A DNA stretch of 64,000 bases. It comes from Corynebacterium sp. GTDB taxonomy: Bacteria > Actinomycetota > Actinomycetes > Mycobacteriales > Mycobacteriaceae. The translations under genes and the position numbers were made by a program. The DNA is taken from assembly GCF_030535495.1 (NCBI RefSeq), contig NZ_JAUNRW010000002.1:3654-67653 (forward strand), in the 5' to 3' direction. The notes under the pieces were generated by a model. It was not told the DNA's origin. It ran no database searches and saw nothing but the letters and a program-made list of their open reading frames with translations. Of this stretch, positions 62,553 through 64,000 are shown piece by piece; the stretch's first letter is position 1, and each line of letters starts with the position of its first letter.

Positions 62553-63485
62553 CTAACTGAAGGCCAGCGAAGTCGTGGAATCCTGGACCACGCGGACGTC
62601 GGAGTCAGCGCCGCCGTAGACGACGCGGGTGGTGTACGAGACGCGCCCGTCGACAGGCAGGGGCTGGCCCAGGTCGACGGTGAGGGAGCCCTCGCTGGTG
62701 GTGTTGGAGTTGAGCACGTTGAGCGACTGGCCGTCCTCCATGGTCAGGGCGCCGAGGGAGGGACGCTGCTGGACGTCGACGTCGAGGGCGATGCGGTCAC
62801 CGTCGATGGCGGTGATGGTGTACGTGGCGGTCTGCAGCAGCGTCGCGTCCCCGGTGACGCGGGTGTCCACCGACCAGGTGGCGCCCTCGCCGACGGCTTC
62901 CTCCGGGAAGATGACCGGCAGGCTGAGCACCGTCATGAGGGCCTGCTCGACCACGGCGCGGCCCTCGTCGGTGGCTGCGGTCGGGGCGGCCAGACGCACG
63001 GTGGACACCTGCCCGTCATCCTCCGCCCGCCACCCGAGGATGAAACCTTCGGCGGAACGGACGTCGTCGACCAGCTCCAGGTCATCGGGGGAGGGCTGGC
63101 CGACGGCGAACTCCACATCTCGGGTGGCGTCGCGCTCACCCTCGGCGGGATCCTCGGCGGCCGCCGTGCGGCCCTCCATCGGCAGGGTGAGGCGGGTGAC
63201 GTCCCCACCCGCCGGAGCCTGAACGTCCACTGCGTCGGCCTGCATGAGCACCTGGTTGAAACCGTCTGCGACCTCGACTGACACGGACTGCTCACCGTCG
63301 GTGGAGTACTCCAGGACGCGATCGGCGGTGCCCACGGACTCGACGGTGATGCGCGCGGCATCGACCGGCAGACCGACGGCGGCTTCGGTCTGCGGACCGG
63401 TCTCCTCGCTGGTGCAGGCGGTGAGGGTCAGCGCCGTGGCGGTGGCCACGGCGGCGAGTGCGCGGGGGAAATGTCGGAACAACAC
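62553..63485 (-). CDS. Lipoprotein of unknown function
   Basis: Signal peptide with lipobox LTAC; PVIFPEEAVGEGATW motif; 310 aa. Confidence 0.78.
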   Translation of the reverse strand: MLFRHFPRALAAVATATALTLTACTSEETGPQTEAAVGLPVDAARITVESVGTADRVLEYSTDGEQSVSVEVADGFNQVLMQADAVDVQAPAGGDVTRLTLPMEGRTAAAEDPAEGERDATRDVEFAVGQPSPDDLELVDDVRSAEGFILGWRAEDDGQVSTVRLAAPTAATDEGRAVVEQALMTVLSLPVIFPEEAVGEGATWSVDTRVTGDATLLQTATYTITAIDGDRIALDVDVQQRPSLGALTMEDGQSLNVLNSNTTSEGSLTVDLGQPLPVDGRVSYTTRVVYGGADSDVRVVQDSTTSLAFS

Positions 63486-63554
63486 CCCGTCAACGCTACC
63501 GCAGGCAGGTCACCGGGTGGACCGACAAGGCCGTGGTGGGGAATGATGGACCGC

Positions 63555-64000
63555 GTGAGTACGCGAGCAACAGCACCCGTCCAAAGACACGTCAGGGTCA
63601 TGGCGGTGATCATCCTCGCGGTGGCGGCCGTGGATCAGGCCACGAAGGCCATCATGCTGGCGTGGCTCGAACCCGGTGTCCCGGTGCCGGTCATCGGCGA
63701 CTGGTTCCGGTTCTTCCTGCTGTTCAACCCGGGTGCGGCGTTTTCCATGGGGGCCAATTCGACCTGGTTGTTCACCACCATTCAGCTGGCGTTCGTCGTC
63801 GGTATCGCCATCGCCGCGCCGCGGATCACAGAGCGGGGGCAGGCGGTGGGTCTGGCGCTCATCGCCGGTGGCGCGCTGGGCAATCTCATCGACCGTCTGT
63901 TCCGTGAGCCGGGCTTCTGGTTCGGACACGTCGTCGACTTCATCTCCGTCGGCGGTTTCGCGGTGTTCAACATCGCGGACTCGGCGATCACCATCGGTGT
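63555..64000 (+). CDS. lspA: Lipoprotein signal peptidase II, 5' part (runs off the window)
   Basis: Translated by hand: DQATK, NPGAAFS, GGALGNLIDR, GHVVDFI, FNIAD. Confidence 0.93.
   Translation, partial: MSTRATAPVQRHVRVMAVIILAVAAVDQATKAIMLAWLEPGVPVPVIGDWFRFFLLFNPGAAFSMGANSTWLFTTIQLAFVVGIAIAAPRITERGQAVGLALIAGGALGNLIDRLFREPGFWFGHVVDFISVGGFAVFNIADSAITIG

Overview
High-GC Corynebacterium chromosome segment (about 68% GC by eye, not computed; genus inferred from gene order and protein sequences). It is mostly core genome: ilvE (3' end), cobT, DUF3043, HesB/IscA, ltsA, the cytochrome bc1-aa3 genes (ctaC-ctaF, ctaE-qcrCAB), two NlpC/P60 hydrolases (the first behind a c-di-AMP riboswitch), pimB'-glk-plsC, lipoglycan mannosyltransferases, aroG, pknL, idsA, the complete dcw cluster (mraZ to divIVA), ileS with an Ile T-box, dinB, an HNH/DUF222 gene, asparaginase, an ABC-F protein and lspA (5' part). 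No rRNA, tRNA, CRISPR array or IS transposase was found. Two things are not explained by this core annotation. (1) The 11-mer GCTTATCGACG occurs 13 times perfectly, plus 9 copies of the variant GCGTATCGACG, on both strands and in several reading frames. It often forces codons this genome otherwise disfavours, which resembles a DNA-uptake, HIP-type or protein-binding motif. (2) A three-gene module sits between divIVA and ileS: a STAND-ATPase/LuxR regulator, an unknown lipoprotein and a processive-type GT2 glycan synthase, with shared candidate operator repeats. Further observations include a solitary CobT with substituted catalytic residues, an SOS-box promoter upstream of the dcw cluster and an anti-SD hairpin over the HNH gene start. 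All counts and coordinates were made by eye. Comparisons with C. glutamicum gene order and operator consensi come from memory and need checking.
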